Below the pieces are notes generated by a model. That model saw nothing but the letters and a program-made list of their open reading frames with translations, had not been told where the DNA came from and did not search any database. A program made the translations under genes and the position numbers. A DNA stretch of 64,000 nucleotides from Heptranchias perlo (taxonomy: Eukaryota), in the NCBI RefSeq assembly GCF_035084215.1, contig NC_090333.1:61628001-61692000 (forward strand). The letters are read 5' to 3'. This document shows, in pieces, positions 1 to 11,319 of the stretch. How positions within the stretch are numbered: position 1 is the first letter of the stretch; each line of letters opens with the position of its first letter.

Positions 1-473
1 AGTGCCTTTATCTCCTCTATTATATGCATTTTTGACCATGTGATAATAGCAGAAAGTCAACCTGTCCTATGGCAGGTAATTTATTCTGCTAAAACAGGTA
101 CACACAAAATAGGCACATTTTGAGCTTATTCTAAAATCATAATAACTTGATTTAAATCACTGCCTTTAAGTCTTTGATGACGGCTACTTCGACAATGCAT
201 AGAGGGAATAGTAAGTTCAGATAATCAGAAAGAACATAAGTGTAATAACAGCAGAGAGTCAACCTGTCCTACGGCAGGTAAGTGATCCTATAGCTGTTAG
301 ATCCATTTCAATGTGTAAACTTTCATCGAAGTGCAAGGTTGGTATAATGAGTCAATGTGTGTGACCTGGTATCAGGCACACACATTGACTGGCACAGGAA
401 ATTCCCGTGACAATCAAATCATGCCCAACTTCCTGTGCCACGACTACCTCAGTGTTACTGGTGCAGGTAGTTG

Positions 474-1000
474 GGGGTAGAAATTAGTCTAGGCCAGTTT
501 TCGGGCCCAGCTTTGGTCCTGCACGAGCAGCGGACGCCCGATCAGACAGGCCCGAGGCCGGCCCGAAATTGGGCCTCGGACCTCATCTAAATATTCCGAG
601 CAGCCTACCCTTGTGCAGGCTTGTAAGTCCTGGGGGATGGGGACCGATCGCAGCTTGCAACAGCTGTGGAGCTAAAAGGAGCACTCCTGCTCCTCCTGGC
701 CCCACATTAAAAGTAAAAAAAAATCTATTTACATTTTCCAGTACCCGCCGCTGGCTAGGCCATATCCACGACCAGAAAATCTAAGTGGAGCAGGCCCATG
801 GCCATGCTCTGCTCAGGGCAGCCCAACTACGGGATCGGGTCCATCAACATTCGTTAGGCCCCTCATTAACATATTCAAGGGGCCTAACGCCCATTTTTGG
901 CCGCTACCCAGGACGACTAAAAGATGGGGTCCATGAATTTAGTAGTGGGTCCAACACCTGCGCCTGAAAAATGGGGGCCACGCATAACAGTGTCGACCCC
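474..1000. mobile_element. Harbinger-type MITE (527 bp)
   Basis: Degenerate TIRs (ggggtagaaatt...ttttcgggcccag versus reverse complement ggggtcgacact...ttttcaggcgcag). Flanked by 3-bp direct repeat TTG at 471-473 and 1001-1003. No coding capacity. Confidence 0.65.
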
Positions 1001-1221
1001 TTGGAGCTCCTTATTCCTGATGGTCATGGCACTGCTATGTTTCTTCTCACCGCTTTCAAGGAGGAGACTTTCTGGATATGAACATATAAAAAGGACAGGA
1101 AAAGACCATCTGGTGTAACAAACCCACAGCATTTAGAGGTGGTGCAGCCACTTACACAGTTAACCCACATTTCTAAACATACAGGGGCTTAAATTAGGTA
1201 AGGCCTATTATTGGGCGTAAC

Positions 1222-1369
1222 CTAACAGCACTGTGGGAGAACCTTCACCACATGGACTGCAGCGGTTCAAGAAGGCGGCTCACCACCATCTTCTCAAGGG
1301 CAATTAGGGATGGGCAATAAATGCTGGCCTTACCAGCGACGCCCACGTCCCATGAACGAATAAAAAAAA
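1222..1369 (+). mobile_element. LINE 3' tail inserted just inside the left end of Harbinger element 1
   Basis: Near-identical to the 3' end of the LINE at about 16498-16647 (cagcggttcaagaaggcggctcaccaccatcttctcaagggcaattagggatggg...aataaaaaaaa). Confidence 0.85.
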
Positions 1370-1503
1370 TGTAGTGCGATCCGCTATTAACCCCCGCCTA
1401 ATGGCCATTGCGCAGGCACAAGTCATCGGCAGCCTGCACCTCTTAAAAGATGCGGATGCACATTTTAAATGGCACATGCACAGTCCACTGGGAGGAGGGA
1501 GAG

Positions 1504-3589
1504 ATGGCCGGAAGGATGGCAGGACCGACGCGAGAGAGGGCCCCTGCTTCTCCGATGATGCACTGGAGGCCCTGGTGGAGGGAGGGCCAACATGTAGGTG
1601 CAGGGTGGCAGGAGACCCTCCAGACTGCAGCTCCGCTGGCATTGGCAGGCTGTGGCCCAGGAAGTGAACGCCAGGAGCATTGCACCACGCATGTGGGTGC
1701 AGTGCCGAAAGAAGTTCAACGATTTGACACGAGTGGTCAAGGTGAGCGAATGCAAGTGTCAAGTGGCACATCCAACCAACTGCACCACTGCTCCATGCAT
1801 CACACCCCCCCGTCACCCACCCACCAACAAACACTGCCCATCCATACACAATGCTGCACTCGGCATGCTGCATCTCACCCACACACGGTAGCACATTTGC
1901 AAGCCACACAACTACCACTCGCAGGTCACTCACACTGGCAGCTATTTGACCACGACAGGCACGTCACCCAGACACCTTGCAGCATACTCACTGCCCTCTA
2001 TCTTGCAGGAGAAGGTGGCGCATAACAGACGGCAGCAGGAGGGACCTGAGGGAGGAAAGGTATCCCTACACATCCTCACCCTCTTGGAGGAGACTGTGCT
2101 GCGGATAATTGGCCGGGCCGTCGCTGCACCCGTGACCACATGCTGCGCTGGAGGTCCCGATGAAGGGGGGTCTCTGCATATCTAATGCTTCTTCTCATTA
2201 CCCACATCAACCTCCCCCCATAATCTTTTCTGACTCACATGCTGCAGATGCTGTCAGCATGCAAGACTTACTTGCTCCTCTCCCCACTCCACAACTCAAC
2301 CTGTTTCCCTTTTTCATTGCAGATACCCAAGAACACATGGCGGCACTGTCCGAGGAGGAGGAGGAGGAGGAGGACACTGAAGCCACACCGTCACTCGATC
2401 TGACACTCGCATCCACCAGCTCAGAGACTGACACTGCGCGTCCTTTAGAGGTTAGGTTAGAGGAGGGATCTGCACGAGGTGAGACATTGGGCACAAGTGC
2501 GCAGGATCCGGGGCGGAGTGAACAGATACCACAGGTGCCAGCTCGCCGGAGAGCGAGGTCGCTCATTAATTCTGCTGCAGAGGAGTCAGATGAGTACTTT
2601 GATGGGCCAAGCTGCAGAAGACGGCTGATGGGCGTACAGTACACCACCAAATGCTTGGTGCACTGGAAAGCCTGCCAGAAAGCCTGCGCACAGTGACAAG
2701 GGACATGGAGGAGTCCAGCTCCAACTTGGCACAGGGCTTGAGCTTGGATCCCATCCTTTCCAACATGGAACGCTGCTCATCTCCATCAGCATACCTGTGG
2801 AACCCACCATGACGCAATGTCTGATGGCCAATGTCGCGGCTTCCATAGCAGCACAAACCGATGTGATCAAAGGTCTGCAAGCTATGGTTGCAGCTCAGAC
2901 CGCCGCGATGGAAGCTCAGACCGCCGCGATGGAAGCTCAGACCGCCGCGATGGAAGCTCAGACCGCCGCGATGGAAGCTCAGAGTGCCGCGATGGAAGCT
3001 CAGACCGCCGCGATGGAAGCTCAGACCGCCGCGATGGAAGCTCAGACCGCCGCGATGGAAGCTCAGACCGCCGCGATGGAAGCTCAGACCGCCGCGATGG
3101 AAGCTCAGACCGCCGCGATGGAAGCTCAGAGTGCTGCTATCGTGGCTCTGGGGACCACTGTGGAACGGGGCTTCCAGGGCATCACAGCACTTCAGCAATC
3201 TGTTCTCCAGCTGGTCACCAGGATTGCTGAGGCACCGCCCCAGGAGAGTGGCAGTGGCGCCATGGCAGTCAGACCTGCTGTCCTTTCTCAGGACGACAGC
3301 CTTCCTGCTCCCACCCCTGCCACTCCACCAGTGCCCCTGTTGTTTCCTTATCAGCCATCTAGGCCAGACTGCTGCAGCCCACGCTGAGATGGTGCAGTCT
3401 GAAGCCAGGCCCTCCAGGCCCAGAGCTGCTCGAGGTCGTCCTCCAAGGCCAACTGCACGCTCCTCAATTGAAGGTCAGCAGCCTTCCACCACCCATGCTC
3501 CAGCCACTGGGGATGCACCTCGTAGGAGCACTAGGAGAGGTAATGGCACACGATCGACAGACATTAAGGGAATGCACAAGGGTGAATAG
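1504..3589 (+). pseudogene. Harbinger Myb/SANT-like accessory gene of element 1, 3 exons (about 1504-1741, 2009-~2168, 2323-3589), frameshifted
   Basis: FSDDALEALVE...WQAVAQEVNARSIAPRMWVQCRKKFNDLTRVVK|gtgagc. Acceptors tcttgcag (2008) and ttttcattgcag (2322). Acidic tract followed by a coiled-coil region. Several frameshifts. Confidence 0.85.
2893..3123 (+). repeat. 21-bp tandem repeat x11 encoding heptad (T/S)AAMEAQ
   Basis: Unit gctcagaccgccgcgatggaa. 10 of 11 units are identical and one is the variant gctcagagtgccgcgatggaa. Confidence 0.97.
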
Positions 3590-3746
3590 TCCTATTCTGT
3601 TTGCATAATTTAATTTGTTAATTGATAAATGTGACTTTGAATTTGCATTTGGTGGTGGGTTTTATTTATGCAATGAGCTGAGGGGGAAACCAATGTGTAA
3701 TCAGATGGAGGGTGATTTGATGGTCATGTGAGAGCAGACAGGTGGG

Positions 3747-4815
3747 TTATTGATAGCGGGTACGGATCAGGTGAGAGCGCAGAACCCTTGCAGACAAGGC
3801 GTGTGTTCCCTGTTGCACCCTTGCATCTTCCTCCACTTCCTCATCTGGCACCTCTTCCTCCTCAGCCTCTTCCTCCTCCACCTCTGGCTCAGGGTCTTCT
3901 CCGAGCATTGGTGGCAAGGGCTGGTCCCTCATGATGGCGAGGTAGAGCAGCATGCAGCAGACCACCACAAATCTTCCCACCCACTCAGCGGAGTACTGGA
4001 GGGCTCCTCCAGAACGGTCCAGGCAGTGGAAGTGTTCTTTCAGGAGGCCTTTCGTGTGCTCCACGACATTGCGTGTGGCAGCATGGCTCTCATTATAGCC
4101 TTGCTCTGCACGTGAGAGTGATTTCCTGACCGGAGTCACGAGCCACTGCGTGAGTGGATAGCCCTCGTCGCCCAGTAGCCAGTCTTTGACCTGCCAAGCC
4201 AGGCGAATGATAGCTGGCACGTTGGACTGCCGCATAACAAAGGTGTCGTGACTGCTCCCAGGGTAGCGGGCATCGACCTCCATGATTTGATGTGGTCGCA
4301 CACAAGCTGCACATCCAGGGAGTGGAAGTCCTTTCGGTTCACAAAGACGGTCGAGTTGATATGCGGGGCACGCAGGGCTTGCTTGTTCTGCTTGTCTCTG
4401 TCAAGAGGGAAGGTGATGAACCTGGTCCTCATCTGGTACAGTGCGTCTGTGACCTCCTTTTTGCAGCAATGCACCACATACTGCAAGATGTTGCACATGT
4501 CGCCAGCAAAGGCCTGTAATGATACTGAGCCGTAAAAGTTCAGCGCCATGGTTACATTCACTTCCACAGGCAATGCTGTCCTTGCCCTGCTCTGAGGCTG
4601 CAGTTGTGGCCGCAGCAGCTGACAGATCTCCGTCACGGCCCCCTTGGTGAACCTCCGCTGTTGGACGCAATGCTCCTCATTGGATACGGCTGCCTGCTCA
4701 GTGCCCTGCGCCTCCTCTTCCTCCCTCTCCTCGCAGCTTGACCTGCTGTGCTTGGCCTCTCTGCATGCTCCCAATCGTGTTCAATGCCCAGCGGGAGCCC
4801 TAGCAGGTCACTCAT
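3747..4815 (-). pseudogene. Harbinger (HARBI1-like) DDE transposase of element 1, frameshifted
   Basis: Motifs FVNRKDFHSLDVQLVCDH, ARYPGSSHDTFV, WLLGDEGYPL, YNESHAATRNVVEHTKGLLKEHFHCLDRSGGAL, acidic tail, spread over several frames. Confidence 0.93.
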
Positions 4816-5559
4816 GGTTGCCAGGAATGTTGTTCAACCACGACTGTAACTTTCCGAACTGTAAGGCAGTACCAAGCAAACCGCTCTCAAATGTAGTGTA
4901 GCAACTCTCAGTAAGTATAGGGAGCTTCAAAAAACACTTCCTATTCCACCAGCAGCCAGAAGCAATAATTCAGCAACTAACCTGCAACACCGGCACGGTC
5001 CCTTTATATAGCGCTGATGGGGGGGGGGGTCCTCCAGGCTGTCTAAGACATGTTCAAGTGTGCGTGATTAAGACTGTGCATTGAGTTGAGCGTTAGACAC
5101 CATTTTGGAACTTATCACTTTAAATCAGCGTTGCAGACTGATTGTATGCATTTTCTCCTGACTTTACATGCGCTAATACTTATACCAAGATGGCGTCCGG
5201 TGCATGTCACGCTGGAATCGTGGCTGCGCAGCCAAGGTGCCATCTTGGCACTTCGGGAGGCCGTGTAGCGCCAAAACAATGGGCGCTAGACGGCCCAATT
5301 TCTAGCCCACAATCTGGTGGGAGAGCAACAAAAAGAAAGAAAACACCTGGAGACAATTCGGACAAAATCTATGGAAAACTTCTCTGACTCCTAAGGCAAA
5401 GCCACAAATGAATATTGTGGGCAAAGGTTACGACCAAATTAAATGGTGATATTTCTACCAAGGTGGTGGGAAGAGTGAGTTTCACCATGAATTTGTGTCA
5501 CGTGTGGAAACAACTGTTTAAAGCTCTAAGAGACCACGGTAACCCATAAATCCTTTCAA

Positions 5560-6900
5560 TCCCAGCTCACCTGCAATTTATCCTCTGATACTGGAAATGC
5601 CCTCCTCTTTCAGGAACTTATCCAGCTCCTTTTTGAGGCGCTGTAAGGAATTTATACTCACCACATGCTTTGGTAATCTGTTCTAGAGGACACCAATTCT
5701 CTGTGAAAAGAAATACTTCCTAATTTCTAACCTAACTCTTTGCTTAAGAATTTTATATGCATTGCCCCAGTGCTGCTACCCTTATATGTCTCAATCACCT
5801 ATGCAGATGGACAGAACCTCATCCCTTCATCATTTTAACCCCTCTAATTCTGCATTTCTCCAAAGAAAATAGCCCCAACATCTGAAGCCCATCTTGATAA
5901 CTAAGAGCCCCAAGAGTGGGCATCATTTTGGGTGCCTTCCTTTGTCCCTTCTCCAGGGCCTTGATATCCCCCCACCTGTATGGGAACCAAAACTGGTCAC
6001 AATTGTCCAAGTTAGGCTTCATCAAAGCCTGTACAACCCATGTTTAGTATTCTTAGTTTTATATTGTATAATAATACAACCTAAAGCCCTATTTGCCTTC
6101 CCAATGCCCTCATCGCTCTGTTTATGTACCATTAATGATTTGTCAACTATAACATCCAGATCCCTCTCTTGATATATAACCTATTTATAGTGAGATAAAA
6201 GCCTAAACAATATTTCTTGAGTGTACATGGTGGCATTTTATTGCACACATTGATACTGCAGGTGTGGCAAATTGTGTCTTAACCCACATTTACCTTGCAA
6301 TTTTCTAAGTTCATGATCACAACCCATTGGTTATTTCTCCTGGTCCTGCACATAGTACTTCTCTATTGTCACTTTATCAGTTCCGTTCATGATTTTGATT
6401 TTAAACTATCTGCCCCTTACTGTTTTTCTAAGATGAGTGAGTTGAGTACTCTAGCATCAAAGTTCAATGTTGCATGACTCAGAACAATTATCTTTCTTTG
6501 AACCATTTCCAATGGTCCTGATTCTTTTCATAACAATGATTTGATCTTACACATGCTTTATCTGAACCTTTTCCTTGGACTAAAATTGATACCTCAAAGT
6601 GTGAAGGAAGTTCCAATATCTGGTTAACAATAACAGCAAGTGTGCTCCACTGTCTTCAATCATTGATATTGCTCTTCATCATGTCATCACAATTACTATT
6701 TGAAACACACTGCACATTATCTTGCATTTGTCAACATTAAATATTCTTTGCCATTCATCTGTCCATTTAGTAAGTTACCAGAAAGGTCTTTGGATGATGA
6801 CCTTCTCCTTGGAACATTTCTCTTTTCCATAGTTTGTAATCATCAACAAATATAGAGCATCTACTTACATTACTTTTCAACAAGACATTATTCATCCGTA
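5560..6900 (-). mobile_element. Old CR1 LINE 3' fragment
   Basis: PNLDNCDQFWFPY...DIKALEKGQRKAPKMMP...LGLFSLEK (ORF 5819-6025). Further degenerate RT sequence runs to about 6900; that boundary is approximate. Confidence 0.75.
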
Positions 6901-8274
6901 GTATATGATCATATGACATAAATAACTTGACTGTTCTGGCATACCGTAGTAATAAGGCAACAGAATGTTGGGACAGGCTGTCTGGGAAGTGTAAAGAGAG
7001 CTCTGGAGTGCAACAGATTTAAGACAATTCTAATCTGAGGGAGTCCATTCTCTAGCACTGTCATCCTTCATCTTAATGAACGTATGAACTGCCTCAAAAT
7101 ATAAACAGGAAAACGATGTAAGATACAGGACTTCGTTATATAAAAATCTGCTTTACTTGACAGATGAACTAATCTAGCTCACATTGATAGATTCCAGAAT
7201 GCAGCTCCAAATACCTGATGTCCAGTCATTAATATAAAATCCATTATTTATGTTATGAGAGCCATGATGGTTTAATCACTACATCCTATACGGTTAGGTC
7301 TTGGAGCACCAACAAGAAAAACTGGTCCTCTTAATTTTCTGGAAACATAGAAAGATAAAACTACTCAGCTATACTCTCCGTCTATTGGAATGAAATAAGA
7401 ATTCAATAGATTAAACAAGTTTAGCAAACGTCAGCTTCCAGTCCAATTCAAGTGTACTGTTTACTATCATTTATACTGTATTAGTGAACTAATATTAAAT
7501 TAAAATATCCTGCAGAAAGGTCAAACTCTTTTAAGGACTCACGGCTAAACTGTTAATGGACGTTCAGCAAGTACATTCTACCCTGGGACCCCACAGTTAA
7601 AGGGAATAGGAGTGACCACTCACAAACCCACAAATAAAGTGCTTCCTTTTTAATGGAGATTACGGTAAGAACAAAATGAGGCTGTGGTAACTGAACTCTC
7701 TGGAGTATCAATCCCGACTTGCACAAAAGTTAATTACGTGACCAGCACTTAATGACATAACATGGAGGCCCATTTTTCTGCCTATGTCTGCGTTCACGTG
7801 AAAGACAGTTCAATAGCTGTCAAATTTCTGATCCCAATGATGCTTTTGTGCACATCAACTTTTAATGTTAAAAAAAAAAAGCCCTCATGGACTGTTTTTT
7901 ATGTTACATTAACAGGAACACCGTTCAGTAAAATGTGCATTAGCATTATGCATTGAATCTTCATAATATAATATGTTTTAGCCCGCAAAAGGAATCATTA
8001 ACTGTCAGGTTCATAACTATTACAAAGATACTTTTTGATTTATTGTTAATAATAAATGAATTGAAAAATATATATAAGCCTGAAAATTGCTGTTGTTGTG
8101 CTGATCAGAGATTAACTGTATGTCACAGATGGTTTTCTGGAGAATGCACACCTGCCCATTAACCTCCAGTACTGCTGTGTTTTCCATCATGTTTAAATTG
8201 TGCATGTTTCCTCCCACACATTAATCAAGCCAATGACGCAACCACAGTTGAAGTATCATTCAAACCGCTACGTG

Positions 8275-8697
8275 TGGAGAGACCAGAGAAGCTGGGATTG
8301 TTCTCCTCAGAGAAGGTTAAGGAGAGATTTAATAGAGATGTTCAAAATCATGAAGGGTTTTGATAGAGTAGATAGGGAGAAGCTGTTTCCACTGGCAGGT
8401 GGGTCGGTCACCAGAGGACACAGATTTAAAGTAATTGGCAAAAGAACCAGAGGGGAGATGAGGAGAATTTTTGTTAGGCAGCGAGTCATTATGATCTGGA
8501 ATGCACTGCCTGGACGGGTGGCAGAAGTAGATTCAATAGTAATTTTCAAAAGGGAATTGGATAAATACTTGAAGGGGAAAAATATGCAGGGTGAAGGGGA
8601 AAGAACAGGGGAGTGGGACTAATTGGATAGCTCTTTCAAAGAGCCGGCACAGGCATGATGGGCCGAATGGCTTCCTTCTGTGCTGTATGATTCTGTG
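8275..8697 (+). mobile_element. CR1 LINE 3' fragment
   Basis: RRLRRDLIEMFKIMKGFDRVDREKLFPL...RVIMIWNALP followed by a CR1 3' tail (gggccgaatggcttccttctgtgctgtatgattct). Confidence 0.9.
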
Positions 8698-8749
8698 CTT
8701 TGCACGTGGAGGGGGCAAGGCAGGATTTGCATTGAGAAGTTCCAGGGAA

Positions 8750-8970
8750 ATGGAGGTTTCTCATTTTGATTATGCATCCCCAGCGCCAATGATACAGGAT
8801 GTGCAGGAAAGGAGGGTTTTCCTGATTGGGAAAGTAGGCACCTTCGTCAAAATTGGCTAGTAGAGTAAGCCTGGCAGGAGATAGCAGACGGCACCAATCC
8901 TCTCAGCACAACCAGAAGAATATGGACACAGGTCGGACAGAAGATGGCCGAGCTGAAGAAAGCTACCAGG
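8750..8970 (+). pseudogene. Isolated degenerate Myb/SANT-like exon (Harbinger remnant)
   Basis: Stitched frames read MIQDVQERRVFLIGK...AWQEIADGTNPLSTTRRIWTQVGQKMAELKKATR|gtaagg. Same layout and donor position as exon 1 of the Harbinger Myb genes. Confidence 0.65.
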
Positions 8971-9100
8971 GTAAGGAAAAAGAACAGCTTTCTATTGCCA
9001 GGTACCCGCTTCAAATATGCGTGCCACAAAATATTCTTCCATAACCCGTGGCCCCTTTTACTATTGCCCCCTCCTAAACATTCATACAAGTTCATACAAC

Positions 9101-9315
9101 GGGTATGGTATTGTAGTGGTTATGTCACTGGACCAGTAATCCAGAGACCTGGACTAATAATCCAATAAAACACGAGTTTTAGTCCCACCATGGGAGTTTC
9201 AGGACTTGAAATACATTTTAAAAAAAAAATCTGGAAATAAAAAAGTCTCAGGAAAAGTGACCAAATAAATGTGCCTTGCCAGCGACTCCTACATCCCGAG
9301 AATTAATTTTAAAAA
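9101..9315 (+). mobile_element. tRNA-derived SINE (shortened) with LINE-type tail
   Basis: Head with A-box-like tgtagtggttatgtcactgg and degenerate B-box-like gagttttagtcccacca. Tail gccttgccagcgac...catccc is shared with the LINE at 16600-16647. Confidence 0.6.
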
Positions 9316-9436
9316 GTTTAAGAGATAAAAACCTCACCAACTGCTTTCTACAAATGGTCACCCTGCAGCATGGCACAAATACAAGCAGCAATTTTGAATT
9401 GCAATTGTTGTCACACTGAAATTTTATAGGGACTTA

Positions 9437-9619
9437 GAATCATAGAAATGATAGAAATTTACAGCACTGAAGGAGGCCATTCTGCCCATCGGGTCTGCGC
9501 CGGCCGAAAAAGAGCCATCCAGCCTAATCCCACTTTCCAGCTCTTGGTCCGTAGCCTTGTACGTTACGGCATTTCAAGTGCATATCCAAGCACTTTTTAA
9601 ATGCGGTGAGAGCTTCTGC
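9437..9619 (-). mobile_element. CR1 3' end fragment
   Basis: catagaa tail repeats and ggaggccattc hairpin. Inverted relative to 10221-10350. Confidence 0.8.
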
Positions 9620-10350
9620 AAAAGTGGCAAATGGAATTCAATCCGGAGAAGTGTGAGGTAACACATTTGGGGAGGGCAAACAAGGCAAGGGAATACACAA
9701 TAAAGTGTCGAGGAACCTTGGAGTGAATGTCCACAGATCCCTGAAGGTAGCAGGACAGGTAGATAAGGTGGTCAAGAAGGCGTATGGGATAGTTTCCTTT
9801 ATTAGCTGAGGCATAAAATATAAGAGCAGAGAGGTTATGCTAGAACTGTATAAAACACTAGTTAGGCCACAGCTTGAATACTGTGTACAGTTCTGGTCAC
9901 CACATTACAGGAAAGATGTGATTGCACTAGAGAGGGTACAGAGGAGATTTACGAGGATGTTGCCCGGACTGGAGAATTTTAGCTATGAGGAAGGATTGGA
10001 TAGGAACAGAGGAGGCTAAGGGGTGATTTAGTTGAGGTGTATAAAATAATGAGGAGCCTAGATAGAGTGGATAGGAAGGACCTATTTCCCTTAGCAGAGG
10101 GATCAGTGACCAGGGGGCATAGATTTAAAGTAATTGGTAGAAGGATTAGAGGGGAGCTGAGGAGAAATTTCTTCACCCAGCGGGTGGTGGGGGTCTGAAA
10201 CTCACTGCCTGAAAGGGCAGTAGAAGCAGAAAACCTTGTCGCATTTAAAAAGTATTTTGAAATGCACTTGATGTGCCGTAACCTACAGGGCCATGAACCA
10301 AGAGCTGGAAAGTGGGATTCGGCTGAATAGCTCTTTTTCGACTAGGCGCA
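9620..10350 (+). mobile_element. CR1 LINE 3' fragment
   Basis: MLELYKTLVRPQLEYCVQFWSPHYRKDVIALERVQRRFTRMLPGL. Confidence 0.9.
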
Positions 10351-10469
10351 GGAAATCCTTTTAAGGTAACCAAGCTGCATGATGCGTGTTCATTTGCTGT
10401 CAGGCAGGCTGAGCTGTGGGATTTATGTCACTGTACGTGCTCCGTAAACTTCCTATTTCTCAAGGCTAT

Positions 10470-10621
10470 CGCTGGGAATTTCTTTGGGGGAGGGGGGATA
10501 TTTCTGATTGGCCGACATAACTTTGGCAGAAACCCCAGATGGACACGTAAACAGAATTTCCAATGATCTACTGTGTAATTCTGACAGCTGGTCAGGAGAA
10601 GCCCTGAAGAAATTCTCAGCG
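10470..10621. mobile_element. 152-bp MITE with 3-bp TSD
   Basis: TIR cgctgggaatttct versus reverse complement cgctgagaatttct (13/14). TSD TAT at 10467-10469 and 10622-10624. Confidence 0.75.
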
Positions 10622-11319
10622 TATTTCTTCAAGACTATGGTAGCAGACTAAAACTGGAGGAGGTCCCAAGTGCGAGAAGCCACTGACCCCATTTGGGGAG
10701 ACCGACTGAATATCATTTGGCACAAGAGCATTAAGTGAGTGAGGGAATAGGGTGGGGTGAAACTGGAGGCTTTCATCAAGTTATGTGCTCGTACCATCCT
10801 CTCTTGTCCTATCACCCGACTCACTCACTGCCACCCAAGCTCTAATCAACCATAAAACATCTTAGGCAGTATGTTGCAATACAAGCAACACTTTAAGATG
10901 GTTCTTGGAGCCAGCATTATAACATATGTTATCCTTCTATTTTTGTAGGCCTGGAAGAACAGAGTGCCAGCACTAGTAGTGCCCCTGAGCAAGCCAGTAC
11001 AACATTAGCAAGCCACATTCATCTTGGTAAATATAACAGATGTACATTGGAGACTTATTTAATGTGATTTTCATCAAATGGATAAACCTTATCCGAGTTT
11101 CACATAAGCAGCAAAGGCACCTGTGTTTTGTGTTATCAGGGTTGTTATCACACCCAATAGGCCTTTGACAGGCTTTAAACTGCTAATGTTGCGGAAGAAA
11201 AGACTGTCTCATTAGAACTTTTCATCAGTAATCAGAGGCTGATGAGCAGAGCTTATAAACAGAGAATTTGTTTAGAGAGTTCAGCTTTCTCATGAGAAAG
11301 TGATGTAACCAGCGAACTA

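Larger units (their letters stand above)
1184..5308. mobile_element. PIF/Harbinger transposon, element 1 (two convergent genes, decayed)
   Basis: Ends ggggcttaaatt / aatttctagccc, 3-bp TSD ACA (1181-1183, 5309-5311). Myb/SANT gene on + and DDE transposase on -. Confidence 0.88.

Noticed and set aside
2566-3589. Alternative-frame repeat proteins (LRPPRWK)n, (GSSDRRD)n and (FHRGGLS)n
   Set aside because: Off-frame readings of the 21-bp repeat. Only the TAAMEAQ frame is continuous with the flanking coiled-coil sequence.
3747-4815. Domesticated host HARBI1 (or NAIF1/MSANTD for the Myb genes)
   Set aside because: Multiple frameshifts, TIRs and TSDs, and several related copies show these are decayed transposons.
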